Source: an uncultured Fidelibacterota bacterium (GTDB lineage: Bacteria; Fidelibacterota; Marinisomatia; Marinisomatales; Marinisomataceae). Taken from it: a stretch of 64,000 nt of DNA. A model generated the notes under the pieces. It was not told the DNA's origin, ran no database searches, and saw only the letters and a program-made list of their open reading frames with translations. A program made the position numbers and the translations under genes. Below, in pieces: positions 40,426 through 49,718 of this stretch (its first letter is position 1; every line of letters starts with the position of its first letter). The DNA is taken from contig CACBFQ010000001.1 of the NCBI GenBank assembly GCA_902538565.1, positions 424,033-488,032 of the forward strand. Direction: 5' to 3'.

Positions 40426-41292
40426 ATGAAGCAGTATATCAAAGCTTTAGAGCACGTTCTTGAAAAAGGAAAACAAAGACAGGACAGAACCGGCGTAGGT
40501 ACAAGAGGTGTCTTTGGGTATCAAATGCGATTTCACCTTAGAAATAGTTTTCCAGCCGTAACAACAAAAAAGCTGGCCTGGAAAAGTGTTGTCAGCGAAC
40601 TACTTTGGTTTCTGGAAGGAAGTACAGATGAAAGAAGGCTGGCAGAAATACATTTTGGAAAACCAAGGGAAGAAATAGTGGATAAAAAAACTATTTGGAC
40701 TGCCAACGCCAACAAGCAGGGAGTTGAACTTGGTTATCAAAACAACGAAACACAAAAAGAGCTGGGACCTGTTTATGGTAAGCAGTGGAGGTCTTGGGGA
40801 GAAGATACCGGAGGAGTAGACCAGATAAAAAAAATTATCTCTGATTTAAAAAGCAATCCAAACAGCAGAAGGCACATAGTGAGCGCCTGGAATGTGGATA
40901 AAATTGACGAGATGGCACTACCCCCATGCCACACAATGTTTCAATTTCATATTCAAGACAAAGAGTTAAGTTGCCAGCTATACCAAAGAAGCGCCGACAT
41001 GTTTTTGGGAGTACCGTTTAATATTGCTTCATATAGTTTGCTTGTTTATATACTTTCGAGCATATTAGACCTTAACCCTGGTAGTTTTATATGGACGGGT
41101 GGAGATTGTCACATTTATAACAACCACCTTGATCAAGTTAAAGAGCAGGTAAAAAGAGAACCTTTGGAGCCCCCAAGACTTATAATGCCAAACTTTAAGT
41201 CAATCAAGGAAGTCCTTGAGTCAAAACCTACAGACTATGAGCTGTTAAACTATAAACCAATGGACAGCATAAAAGCCCCAATGGCAGTATAA
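40426..41292 (+). CDS. thyA: Thymidylate synthase (ThyA type)
   Basis: 288 aa. DRTGVGT, the active-site ALPPCH, and QLYQRSADMFLGVPFNIASY. Confidence 0.97.
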   Translation: MKQYIKALEHVLEKGKQRQDRTGVGTRGVFGYQMRFHLRNSFPAVTTKKLAWKSVVSELLWFLEGSTDERRLAEIHFGKPREEIVDKKTIWTANANKQGVELGYQNNETQKELGPVYGKQWRSWGEDTGGVDQIKKIISDLKSNPNSRRHIVSAWNVDKIDEMALPPCHTMFQFHIQDKELSCQLYQRSADMFLGVPFNIASYSLLVYILSSILDLNPGSFIWTGGDCHIYNNHLDQVKEQVKREPLEPPRLIMPNFKSIKEVLESKPTDYELLNYKPMDSIKAPMAV

Positions 41293-41305
41293 AACTAAAA
41301 GTAAA

Positions 41306-42376
41306 ATGAAGGTATTAAGAACGCCCGAAAAAAGCTTTAAAGATCTCAAAAACTACCCATATAAACCACACTACACAATCATCAAATCAAAAAATGGGGA
41401 CAACCTAAGAATTCACCACATTGAAGAAGGCCCAAAAAATGGCCCAACCGTTGTTTGTTTTCACGGACAACCAGCATGGAGCTATTTATATACAAAAATG
41501 ATTCCATATTTCTTGAAAGAACAAATAAGGATTATTTGTCCAGACCTTCCAGGTTATGGTAAATCAGACAAGCCCTCCAAAAAAGAAGATTACAGCTATC
41601 AAAATCAAGTTGACTGGATGGTTCAGTGGCTAAAAAAAAACGAACTAGAAAATTTAACTTTTTTTGGGCAAGATTGGGGAGGATTAATAGGTTTAAGAGT
41701 TGTTGCACAAGAACCAGAGTGCTTTAATAAAGTTGTGGTGGGAAATACTGGGCTTCCTTATAACCCAAATGTTTCTAAAAGTATTTTAAAAGAAAGAGAG
41801 GAGTTTATCAAAAATGGTGAAACCCCAACTCTTTATGATATATACAATAATTTGAAAGGAATGAAAGGCAAATTATCAAAACACCAGATTTTAAAGTTTA
41901 TGTACTGGCAAAAATATTGTTGGGACACCGAAGATCTGCCGGTTGGCTTGCTAATGAGTATGATAGGTGGAGGAAGTAAAAAACTTAGCACAATTCTATA
42001 TTATGCTTTTGTTGAAATGGGCGCCGAGAAGCTCTTTCCTTTCAAGCCGGAAATAGCTAAAGCCTTTGATGCTCCTTTTCCAAGCAGAGAGTATAAGATG
42101 GGGGTGAGATCTATGCCAATGCAGGTTCCAATTATACCAGACAGCTCTTTAGCCGCTCAAAAAAAGGCACGAGACTTTTTTAAGTCTTGGAATAAACCCT
42201 TCTTGAGTGCATTTGCTGGTAATGATCCCATAACAAATTCTATGGAAAAAGATGTTTTAAAAATGTGCCCAAAAGCACTAAAAGCCCCCTACATTGGGGG
42301 AGGACATTTTTACCAATGGACAAAACCAAAAGAGCTCTCAGATATTATAATCAAGTTTGTAAAAGCAGACAGCTAA
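41306..42376 (+). CDS. Alpha/beta hydrolase, DhlA-type (HLD-I) haloalkane dehalogenase homologue
   Basis: Collinear with Xanthobacter DhlA as I recall it: LRTPEKSFKDLKNYPYKPHY, FHGQPAWSYLYTKMIP, GYGKSDKP, nucleophile-Trp pair GQDWGG, APFPSREYKMGVRSMP, AGNDP (acid), GGGHFYQ (His). The cap region is about 45 aa longer. Confidence 0.7.
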   Translation: MKVLRTPEKSFKDLKNYPYKPHYTIIKSKNGDNLRIHHIEEGPKNGPTVVCFHGQPAWSYLYTKMIPYFLKEQIRIICPDLPGYGKSDKPSKKEDYSYQNQVDWMVQWLKKNELENLTFFGQDWGGLIGLRVVAQEPECFNKVVVGNTGLPYNPNVSKSILKEREEFIKNGETPTLYDIYNNLKGMKGKLSKHQILKFMYWQKYCWDTEDLPVGLLMSMIGGGSKKLSTILYYAFVEMGAEKLFPFKPEIAKAFDAPFPSREYKMGVRSMPMQVPIIPDSSLAAQKKARDFFKSWNKPFLSAFAGNDPITNSMEKDVLKMCPKALKAPYIGGGHFYQWTKPKELSDIIIKFVKADS

Positions 42377-43227
42377 GAACCGTCGTTTCTTATAACAATA
42401 AACACTCCAACTAAAGTGATGAGACCTCCAAGAAAAACATTTATGCCAACCGGCTCGGCAAAAATGAAATACCCTCCAATAGAGGAAATTATTGGCTCTC
42501 CAAGAGGTACTGCAGCAACTGTAGTTGCGCTAAGAGTTTTTACTAGAAAGTAAAAAATGTTATGACCAACCATTGTAGGAATAGCTGCAAGAAAAACAAA
42601 CCACCCAAAATCTTGGCCAGAAAAAGAGAAGACATTTACGTTTTGAAAAAGAGATATAAAAAAAAGACATATAGCAGCATAAAAAAACAGCCATCGCGAA
42701 TACTCAAAAAGACCAATGTTCTTTCTAACATCCTTTCCGACAAGAAGTACCACCGCCATTGCAACAGAACATAGAACTGCCAACAAATTTCCAAGTGCGC
42801 TTGTTTCACTAAAGCTGCTTTGACTTATAAGAGCGTATGCACCAAAAAGAGCTAAAGACAACCCAAATAAAACCTTTATTGAAAACTTCTTTTTTTGGAA
42901 AACAATTAAATAAAACTCCGTAAAGACAGGTGCAATAGTGCCAAGCAGGGCTGCTTCAGCTATTGAAGTAAGTTGAACGCTTCTGAAAAATAAAGCAAAA
43001 TGAAAACCTAAGAAAATTCCAGCAAGCAAGATTTTTTTGTTTGGAACAAAAGTTAGAATAGTTTTGTAAGATATAGCAAACGCCATAAGGCTTGCAAGAA
43101 GCATTCTCCAAAAAGCTATTGTTGTAGCGGAAAGCTCAGGAAGAAATCTTACAACCCAAGCCGAGGAACTAACAGCGAGAAGCGCTACAAACAAAAGAGC
43201 ATATTTATTTTTTGTAAAAAGGACCAT
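42373..43227 (-). CDS. EamA/DMT-family transporter
   Basis: About 10 TM helices in two EamA-like halves. I prefer ATG 43227 (MVLFTKNKYALLF..). The track start at 43281 would overlap the divergent mltB-like gene by 50 nt. The start remains uncertain. Confidence 0.7.
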   Translation of the reverse strand: MVLFTKNKYALLFVALLAVSSSAWVVRFLPELSATTIAFWRMLLASLMAFAISYKTILTFVPNKKILLAGIFLGFHFALFFRSVQLTSIAEAALLGTIAPVFTEFYLIVFQKKKFSIKVLFGLSLALFGAYALISQSSFSETSALGNLLAVLCSVAMAVVLLVGKDVRKNIGLFEYSRWLFFYAAICLFFISLFQNVNVFSFSGQDFGWFVFLAAIPTMVGHNIFYFLVKTLSATTVAAVPLGEPIISSIGGYFIFAEPVGINVFLGGLITLVGVFIVIRNDGS

Positions 43228-43231
43228 ATAA

Positions 43232-44044
43232 ATGAAAATAAACCTTATAGTTAAACTAAGCATTATATTTTGTGTAACCACCTTGATAGCAGATGAAAAA
43301 AATCAGATTGTCAAAAAAGTTGTTGCTTATACAAAAGGTCAAGAAACCCCATCAGTTGAATATATATTAAATACTTTTGAAGACACAAGACTCCAAATTG
43401 ACAAGAACGTGATTGTAAGGTTTAAAAATAAGCCAGAAAAAATTAAAACATATGAGCAATACAAAAAGATATTCTTTAATGAACAAAGAATTGTGGGCGG
43501 AGTAAATTTTTATAAAAAAAACAAGAAACTAATTTCGAAAGTAGCAAGAGAGTATGAGATAGACCCTATAGTTTTGGTTGCAGTTATTGGTGTTGAAACG
43601 AATTACGGATTAAAAACCACAGAGTTTTCAGTAATTAATTCTTTATACACACAGGCGGTAAAAATGCCCAAAAGATCTAGTTGGGCAACCAAGGAAATAG
43701 CAGAGCTATTAATTTTTTGTTTTGAAAATAATGTTGATCCTTTCTCGCTTGAAGGATCGTATGCTGGAGCCTTTGGGTATGGTCAGTTTATTCCTTCTAG
43801 CTTCAACAAACTATCAATTGATTATGATAAAGACGGCAAAAAAGACCCGTTTGGCTGGCACGACGTTGTGGGAAGTGTTGCGTTTTACCTTACTGAAAAC
43901 GGTTATCCAAAAAATGATTTTAATTTTACTTATAAGTCAAAAGTATGGAAAGCAATTAGAACATATAACCGGTCAGATAAGTACGCAAACATTATAATTG
44001 ACTTAAGAAATGAAATAGCTAAAAATATTTTTTTATTAGATTAG
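43232..44044 (+). CDS. Lytic murein transglycosylase (MltB/SLT_2 family)
   Basis: 270 aa with a signal peptide. GVETNYG (catalytic Glu) and AGAFGYGQFIPSSF match the MltB family blocks. Confidence 0.75.
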   Translation: MKINLIVKLSIIFCVTTLIADEKNQIVKKVVAYTKGQETPSVEYILNTFEDTRLQIDKNVIVRFKNKPEKIKTYEQYKKIFFNEQRIVGGVNFYKKNKKLISKVAREYEIDPIVLVAVIGVETNYGLKTTEFSVINSLYTQAVKMPKRSSWATKEIAELLIFCFENNVDPFSLEGSYAGAFGYGQFIPSSFNKLSIDYDKDGKKDPFGWHDVVGSVAFYLTENGYPKNDFNFTYKSKVWKAIRTYNRSDKYANIIIDLRNEIAKNIFLLD

Positions 44045-45416
44045 CTAAAGCTTCTTTGGTTTTAGTATATGGTGGAAGCATTATTTTGAAGGGAGAAATT
44101 GAACTACTTTTCAAAACAGCTTTGTGGTGTGAAAATGCATCAAAGCCAAATTTACCATGATAGCTACCGACGCCACTATTGTTTATCCCTCCAAATGGGA
44201 GGTTTGGATTCATATGATGTAGAACGCAATCGTTTATAACCATACCACCGCTAGAGGTGCTCTTTAACACCTCACTGTGTACAGCAGATTTGTTGCTAAA
44301 TAGATATAATGCTAGCGGCTTTTCATTTTCATTTACATAGTTAACAGACTCGTCAAGACTTTGAACCTTGATAATTGGCAGGATAGGTCCAAAGATTTCT
44401 TCTTTCATAATTGAGTTGTCATAATTTACGCCCGTCAAAACAGCTGGAGTAAAATGTAGCTCCTCTTGGCTTACTTCTCCACCGCACGCAAGCTCTGCTC
44501 CATCAGAAAGAGCATCAGCAAGAGCACCTTCTAGCCTCTTGAAATGGTGCTCGTTTGCAATAGAGCAGTAGTCTTTTTTAGCAGCGTCTAACCCTCCAGC
44601 AAAAAATTGTGATATATTTTTCTGCAAAGCTAAAACAAGATCATCGTGAACCAACTCATCACAAAGTATATAGTCCGGAGCAGTACAGGTTTGGCCTGCG
44701 TTTGCAAACTTATAAAAAGAAATTTTCCAGGCAGCGTCTTTTACATTTGCATGTTTATCAATAATAACAGGCGACTTCCCACCAAGTTCGAGCGTAAGGC
44801 CTGCAAGGTGTTTGGAGGCAGCTTCCATGACAAGCTTCCCGACCATTGGGCTCCCAGTAAACATTATATGGTTGAAGGGAAGCTCCAAAAGTTTTTGTGC
44901 TAAATCTTTTTCACCAAGAAAAACAGCAACCTCATCTAATGAAAATGTTTTTTCAACTAGTTTTTTTACAAGCTCTCCAGACGCAGGTGTAAGCTCAGAC
45001 GGCTTAATCACAGCTGTATTGCCGGATGCAATCGCAGCAATCAGCGGGTTCAAGCAAAGCATAATTGGATAATTCCAAGGAGAAATTATTAAGATACTTC
45101 CTTTTGGCTCAGGTTTTACCCAGCTTTTAGTAAAAGAAATAGCAAGAGGGCTTGCAACCCTTTTTGTCTTCATCCACTTTCCAAGATTTTTAATTGCAAA
45201 GTCTGCTTCAGCCTTGACCCCATAAATTTCTGCTAAAAGTGCTTCAGTTTTAGACTTTCCCAAATCTGAAGAAAGAGCAGCAAGAACATCGCTCTCCATT
45301 TCTAAGAAGTTTTTAAGAAGCAGTTTTAGCTTACCTCTTCTTTCTTTAGCGGTGCTATTCCTTAAAGATATGCTTTTAGCTTGTTGGGCCTTAAATGTTG
45401 TATCAATGGTTTGCAT
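44019..45416 (-). CDS. NAD(P)-dependent aldehyde dehydrogenase, class-3-like
   Basis: 465 aa. LELGGKSP (catalytic Glu), GQTCTAPDY (Cys), and EEIFGPILP. Confidence 0.9.
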   Translation of the reverse strand: MQTIDTTFKAQQAKSISLRNSTAKERRGKLKLLLKNFLEMESDVLAALSSDLGKSKTEALLAEIYGVKAEADFAIKNLGKWMKTKRVASPLAISFTKSWVKPEPKGSILIISPWNYPIMLCLNPLIAAIASGNTAVIKPSELTPASGELVKKLVEKTFSLDEVAVFLGEKDLAQKLLELPFNHIMFTGSPMVGKLVMEAASKHLAGLTLELGGKSPVIIDKHANVKDAAWKISFYKFANAGQTCTAPDYILCDELVHDDLVLALQKNISQFFAGGLDAAKKDYCSIANEHHFKRLEGALADALSDGAELACGGEVSQEELHFTPAVLTGVNYDNSIMKEEIFGPILPIIKVQSLDESVNYVNENEKPLALYLFSNKSAVHSEVLKSTSSGGMVINDCVLHHMNPNLPFGGINNSGVGSYHGKFGFDAFSHHKAVLKSSSISPFKIMLPPYTKTKEALANLIKKYF

Positions 45417-45482
45417 AAAAAGAAATATATGAATTTTTATTATACATTGTTATGAGGAATAAATTATTATGTAATTTTTAGC

Positions 45483-45800
45483 ATGTTAAGAACGATTGAC
45501 ATAGCTCACGCAGGACAGACATCTTCAGAGGCGATAATTCTTTTAGAGGTTGCAATAAGTAAAGCAAAAGAAGAGGGTGTGGTTGCAGTTAAAATAATAC
45601 ACGGCCTTGGATCAGGAAGTATTGCAGAAAAAGTAAGAAGCTGGGCTCAAGAACAAAAAGGAAGATTTAAGGCGGTAATACCTGGAGAAGACTACAACGC
45701 TTTTAATAAAGATGCGGTAAACATGAGATCAGAAATTTCTAATAAACAAGATAGAGACTTTAACAGCAGAAACCCAGGAGTAACAATTTTTTGGCTTTAA
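45483..45800 (+). CDS. Small stand-alone Smr-domain protein
   Basis: 105 aa. IDIAHAG..SEAI..L........G..AVKIIHGLGSG...VRSW....NPGVTIFWL follows the Smr pattern, with a degenerate DLHG motif. Confidence 0.55.
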   Translation: MLRTIDIAHAGQTSSEAIILLEVAISKAKEEGVVAVKIIHGLGSGSIAEKVRSWAQEQKGRFKAVIPGEDYNAFNKDAVNMRSEISNKQDRDFNSRNPGVTIFWL

Positions 45801-46993
45801 TTTTTGAGCGGTATTTCTTCAAATACAACACCAATATTTATCAATCTTTTAATAAGAACATTTCCAAGGCCAACAGAAGGAGTTAAGAGACCACCAAAGC
45901 TTTCGCCACCAGGAAGGTCAGCTGGGTTTTCAACTACTAAACATAGCGCGCTTTCACAAGCCATTCTTGATGTCATTTTATAACCAGGATCACCGCCTGA
46001 TGACATAGAAAAAGCACGAAAACCGTTGCTTGTTTCCACTAGGAATCTACTCTTAAAAAAACCAGAGTCCATTGCTTTCTGAGAGGGTCCTTCACCAGGC
46101 TTTCTAAAAAGCCCCCTTAACAACTTGCGCAGTGGAGAGATAATGACTAGGCCCATAGCAAGCGTCATAAGAGTTACTTTCCTAGCCGCACCCTTTTTAG
46201 AGTAATATGCTCCTTCTGAATAAAGAAAATTATCTCCATAATATTTACCAATAGATTTCGATAGCGCAGCCGATCTTCTTACAACCCTAGTGTTTGGTAG
46301 TGCCATTACAAAAGGTCCGGTCCAACCACCCAGATGTGGTATTTTTTCTACACCAATTTTATCATTTGTATATTTTTTCTGTCTTTCAGAAACAGAGTTT
46401 TCTGGATTTAAGGAAAACTTTCCTAAGCCACCTTTAGCCAGCTTGGCATCCATAGATGAAAACATTGTTTCCATTGTGCCCCCAGAAGCTTCACCTTTCC
46501 AGGCTTGAAAACACTGCACTTTTTTGACCTCTCCATCAACTTGGTTTACAGAATAAAAAACTCCAAGATCGGAAGGGGTAGAGTCAAACCCACAAGCATT
46601 TATAATTCTTATGCCTTTATCGGTTGCTGCTTGGTGGTGTTTGTCAATCATATCTTTAATCCAAAAACTTTCACCAGTTATATCAACATAATGACAACTG
46701 TTTTTAATACAAGCTTCCAAAAGATCGGATCCATATTTGTGATATGGCCCAACGGTCGAAAGTACAACCTCTGTTTCTTTGCACATGGAGTTCAGCGCTT
46801 CAACGTCAAAGGCATCTGCAACGATTGTAGGAAAAGGAAGGTTGTGTTTGTTTTTAATCTTTTCCAACTTTTCTGCGTTTCTTCCAGCAACTGCCATTGG
46901 AATATCAGAATATCTTTCTGACATAAACTTTGCACACAACTCACCAGTAAACCCGGTAGCACCGAAAATTATTATTTTATATTTCCTGCTCAT
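45797..46993 (-). CDS. Saccharopine dehydrogenase-family NAD(P)-binding oxidoreductase
   Basis: Start set at ATG 46993 (MSRKYKIIIFGATGFTGEL Rossmann motif), forming an ATGA overlap with the ppdK stop. The track start at 47047 would lie inside ppdK. Confidence 0.8.
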   Translation of the reverse strand: MSRKYKIIIFGATGFTGELCAKFMSERYSDIPMAVAGRNAEKLEKIKNKHNLPFPTIVADAFDVEALNSMCKETEVVLSTVGPYHKYGSDLLEACIKNSCHYVDITGESFWIKDMIDKHHQAATDKGIRIINACGFDSTPSDLGVFYSVNQVDGEVKKVQCFQAWKGEASGGTMETMFSSMDAKLAKGGLGKFSLNPENSVSERQKKYTNDKIGVEKIPHLGGWTGPFVMALPNTRVVRRSAALSKSIGKYYGDNFLYSEGAYYSKKGAARKVTLMTLAMGLVIISPLRKLLRGLFRKPGEGPSQKAMDSGFFKSRFLVETSNGFRAFSMSSGGDPGYKMTSRMACESALCLVVENPADLPGGESFGGLLTPSVGLGNVLIKRLINIGVVFEEIPLKN

Positions 46994-49662
46994 AGTTCCA
47001 CTTGTGCTGCAGCTAGTCTTGCAACAGGTACACGATAAGGAGAACAACTAACATAATCAAGACCCAATATTTTACAAAACTCTATACTATTTGGTTCTCC
47101 ACCATGCTCTCCACATATACCAATTGAGATTTTATTTTTAGTGGCTCGCGCATCTTTGACAGCAATCTTCATAAGCTTTCCAACCCCCTTGCGATCTATT
47201 TGTTCAAAGGGGTCTGCAAGCATAATTTCCTCATTAAAATAGTGAGGGAAAAAGGTTCCAGTATCATCTCTGCTAAAACCAAAAGTTGTCTGTGTTAGGT
47301 CGTTAGTGCCAAAGCTAAAAAAGTCGGCTTCTTCAGCGATCTTTTCAGCTACAAGACAAGCGCGTGGTACCTCAATCATAGTTCCAATTTTGAAATTTAT
47401 GTTTAAACCGTTTTTGCTAAGTATATCGTTTTTAACTGCAAGAATAATTTCTTTTTGATTTAAAAACTCTGCTAAATTAGAAACAAGAGGAATCATTAGC
47501 TCTACCTTTGGGTTATTACCCTCTTTTTTTAGTTTTACAGCAGCACCAATAATAGCACGAGCTTGCATAGAAGTAATTTCTGGATAAGAAATACCAAGAC
47601 GGCAACCTCTGTGGCCCAACATAGGGTTGGCCTCTTTTAACGAATCAACTCTTTCTTCAACGGCTTTCAATGGTAGGCCCATATCGTCTGCTAGATTTCT
47701 CATTTCTTTACCGTGAATATTGATGAACTCGTGAAGAGGCGGATCTAAAAGCCTTACAGTCACCGGCATTCCGTCCATTTTTTTTAATATTTTATAAAAA
47801 TCTTTTGTCTGAAAAGGAAGGAGGTTTTTCAGATAAGAATTCCGACTCTCCCTGTCTTCGGCTAAAATCATTTTTCTGAATTCATGAACCCTTTTTTCAT
47901 CAAAAAACATATGCTCAGTTCTACAAAGGCCCACACCTTCCGCACCAAAACTAAGCGCCTTTTCACAATCATCCGGGGTATCAGCGTTTGTTCTAATTTT
48001 AAGTTTTCTGATCTTGTCGGCCCATGATAACAGCAGGCTTAGTGGACCAGTATTATCTAACGGATTTTGAAACAATCTCATTTTACCAAGGTAAATATCT
48101 CCAGAAGAGCCATTAAGAGTTATGAGATCCCCTTCTTTTATTTTTTTGTCTCCTATTTTTGCAAATGTGTGGCTCTTATCAATAATTAAGTCTTGACACC
48201 CCACAACACAGCTTTTACCCCACCCTCTTGCAACTAAAGCTGCGTGACTAGTTAAACCACCCCTGGAGGTTAGAATTCCCTCTGAGTAGTGCATTCCATG
48301 TATATCTTCAGGAGAAGTTTCTTCTCGTACAAGAATAACTTTTTTGTTTTTCTTACCTAGTTCTTCAGCTTTTTCTGCAGTAAAAACGGCAACACCGCAA
48401 GATGCGCCTGGACCAGCAGGTAAGCCAAGCGAAATAGGTAGGCTATTTTCAACATCTTTAGGATCAATGTTTTTTAAAAGACTTTCATATATCTGATGTG
48501 GTCTAATCCTACTTACAGCAACTTTCTTTGTTATAAGCTTTTCTTTGACCATGTCAGTTGCAATTTTTATAGCAGCAATACCGGTTCTTTTTCCTCTTCT
48601 TGTCTGTAGCATCCAAAGCTTCTTTTCTTGAATTGTAAATTCAATATCTTGCATATCATCAAAGTGGTTTTCGAGTTTTTTTCTTACACTATTTAGCTCC
48701 TTGAAGGCTTCTGGCATAGCAACAGACAGTGACTTTTTGTTATTACCGGCGACCGGATGGGGAGTCCTAATACCAGCAACAACATCTTCTCCTTGGGCGT
48801 TTGGTAACCATTCTCCAAAAAAAACATTTTCTCCAGTTGAAGGGTTCCTTGTAAAAGCGACTCCTGTTCCACAATCTTTTCCAAGATTTCCAAAAACCAT
48901 AGCTTGTACATTAACAGCCGTGCCCATAGAGGAGGATATTTTTTCAAAATTCCTATATTCCTTAGCTCTTTTTCCATTCCAGCTCTCAAAAACAGCAGCA
49001 ATGGCTCCATACAGTTGGTCATAGTGGTCGTCGGGAAAAGGAATTCCAAACTCTTTCTCAACTATTCTTAGATACTTATTAGATAAAGCCTTCCAGTCTT
49101 TTGCCTTCATGTTAGAATCATTTTTATAGCCCTTGTATTTTTTAACAGATTCTAGTTCTTTTTCCATAAGCTTTCTTATCGACTGAGTTGATTTGTTTAG
49201 CCCGAGCGCTTTTTCCATTACAACATCGGCATACATCATGATTAGTCTTCGGTAACTATCATAAACAAAACCCTCATTCTTGCTCATTTTGATCATATGG
49301 GGTATAGTTTTTGAAGTAAGTCCTATATTAAGTATTGTTTCCATCATTCCTGGCATAGAAACCGGGGCCCCAGATCTAACAGATAGAAGAAGAGGGTTTG
49401 ATCCACCAAACGTTTTTTCAACAACACCCTCTGTTTTAGATATATTTTTTTTAATGTTATTTTTTAAAACAACAGATAGCGATTTAACCTTTAAGTAGTC
49501 AGAACAAAGGCTTGTAGACAACGTAAAACCCGGAGGAACCGGAAGACCAAGTTTACACATTTCTGCAATATTAGCACCCTTTCCGCCTAAAATATTTACC
49601 ATGTTTTGGTCTCCATCTGTTTGGAGCTGAGAGAAAAAATATATTTTTTGTTTATTGTTCAT
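46990..49662 (-). CDS. ppdK: Pyruvate, phosphate dikinase
   Basis: 890 aa. ILGGKGANIAEM, the phosphohistidine loop GGLTSHAALVARGWGKSCV, and a PEP-utilising TIM barrel with SIGICGEHGG. Confidence 0.95.
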   Translation of the reverse strand: MNNKQKIYFFSQLQTDGDQNMVNILGGKGANIAEMCKLGLPVPPGFTLSTSLCSDYLKVKSLSVVLKNNIKKNISKTEGVVEKTFGGSNPLLLSVRSGAPVSMPGMMETILNIGLTSKTIPHMIKMSKNEGFVYDSYRRLIMMYADVVMEKALGLNKSTQSIRKLMEKELESVKKYKGYKNDSNMKAKDWKALSNKYLRIVEKEFGIPFPDDHYDQLYGAIAAVFESWNGKRAKEYRNFEKISSSMGTAVNVQAMVFGNLGKDCGTGVAFTRNPSTGENVFFGEWLPNAQGEDVVAGIRTPHPVAGNNKKSLSVAMPEAFKELNSVRKKLENHFDDMQDIEFTIQEKKLWMLQTRRGKRTGIAAIKIATDMVKEKLITKKVAVSRIRPHQIYESLLKNIDPKDVENSLPISLGLPAGPGASCGVAVFTAEKAEELGKKNKKVILVREETSPEDIHGMHYSEGILTSRGGLTSHAALVARGWGKSCVVGCQDLIIDKSHTFAKIGDKKIKEGDLITLNGSSGDIYLGKMRLFQNPLDNTGPLSLLLSWADKIRKLKIRTNADTPDDCEKALSFGAEGVGLCRTEHMFFDEKRVHEFRKMILAEDRESRNSYLKNLLPFQTKDFYKILKKMDGMPVTVRLLDPPLHEFINIHGKEMRNLADDMGLPLKAVEERVDSLKEANPMLGHRGCRLGISYPEITSMQARAIIGAAVKLKKEGNNPKVELMIPLVSNLAEFLNQKEIILAVKNDILSKNGLNINFKIGTMIEVPRACLVAEKIAEEADFFSFGTNDLTQTTFGFSRDDTGTFFPHYFNEEIMLADPFEQIDRKGVGKLMKIAVKDARATKNKISIGICGEHGGEPNSIEFCKILGLDYVSCSPYRVPVARLAAAQVEL

Positions 49663-49718
49663 TTTGAATACATTTAAAATGATTTATAAAAAACCCTTTG
49701 GGTAAAACAATTTAAGGA

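Noticed and set aside
41306-45416. Idea that the DhlA-like dehalogenase and the nearby aldehyde dehydrogenase form a haloalkane catabolic cluster
   Set aside because: The genes are on opposite strands and separated by an unrelated transporter and a murein transglycosylase. No alcohol dehydrogenase or haloacid dehalogenase is present. Proximity is easily explained by the very high gene density.
46505-46921. 138-aa plus-strand ORF, with its neighbour at 46779-47051
   Set aside because: It lies entirely antisense to the well-supported saccharopine-DH-like gene and ppdK 3' end. The translation is low-complexity and Phe/Asn/Ile-rich, typical of shadow frames in AT-rich DNA. There is no Shine-Dalgarno and no recognisable motif.
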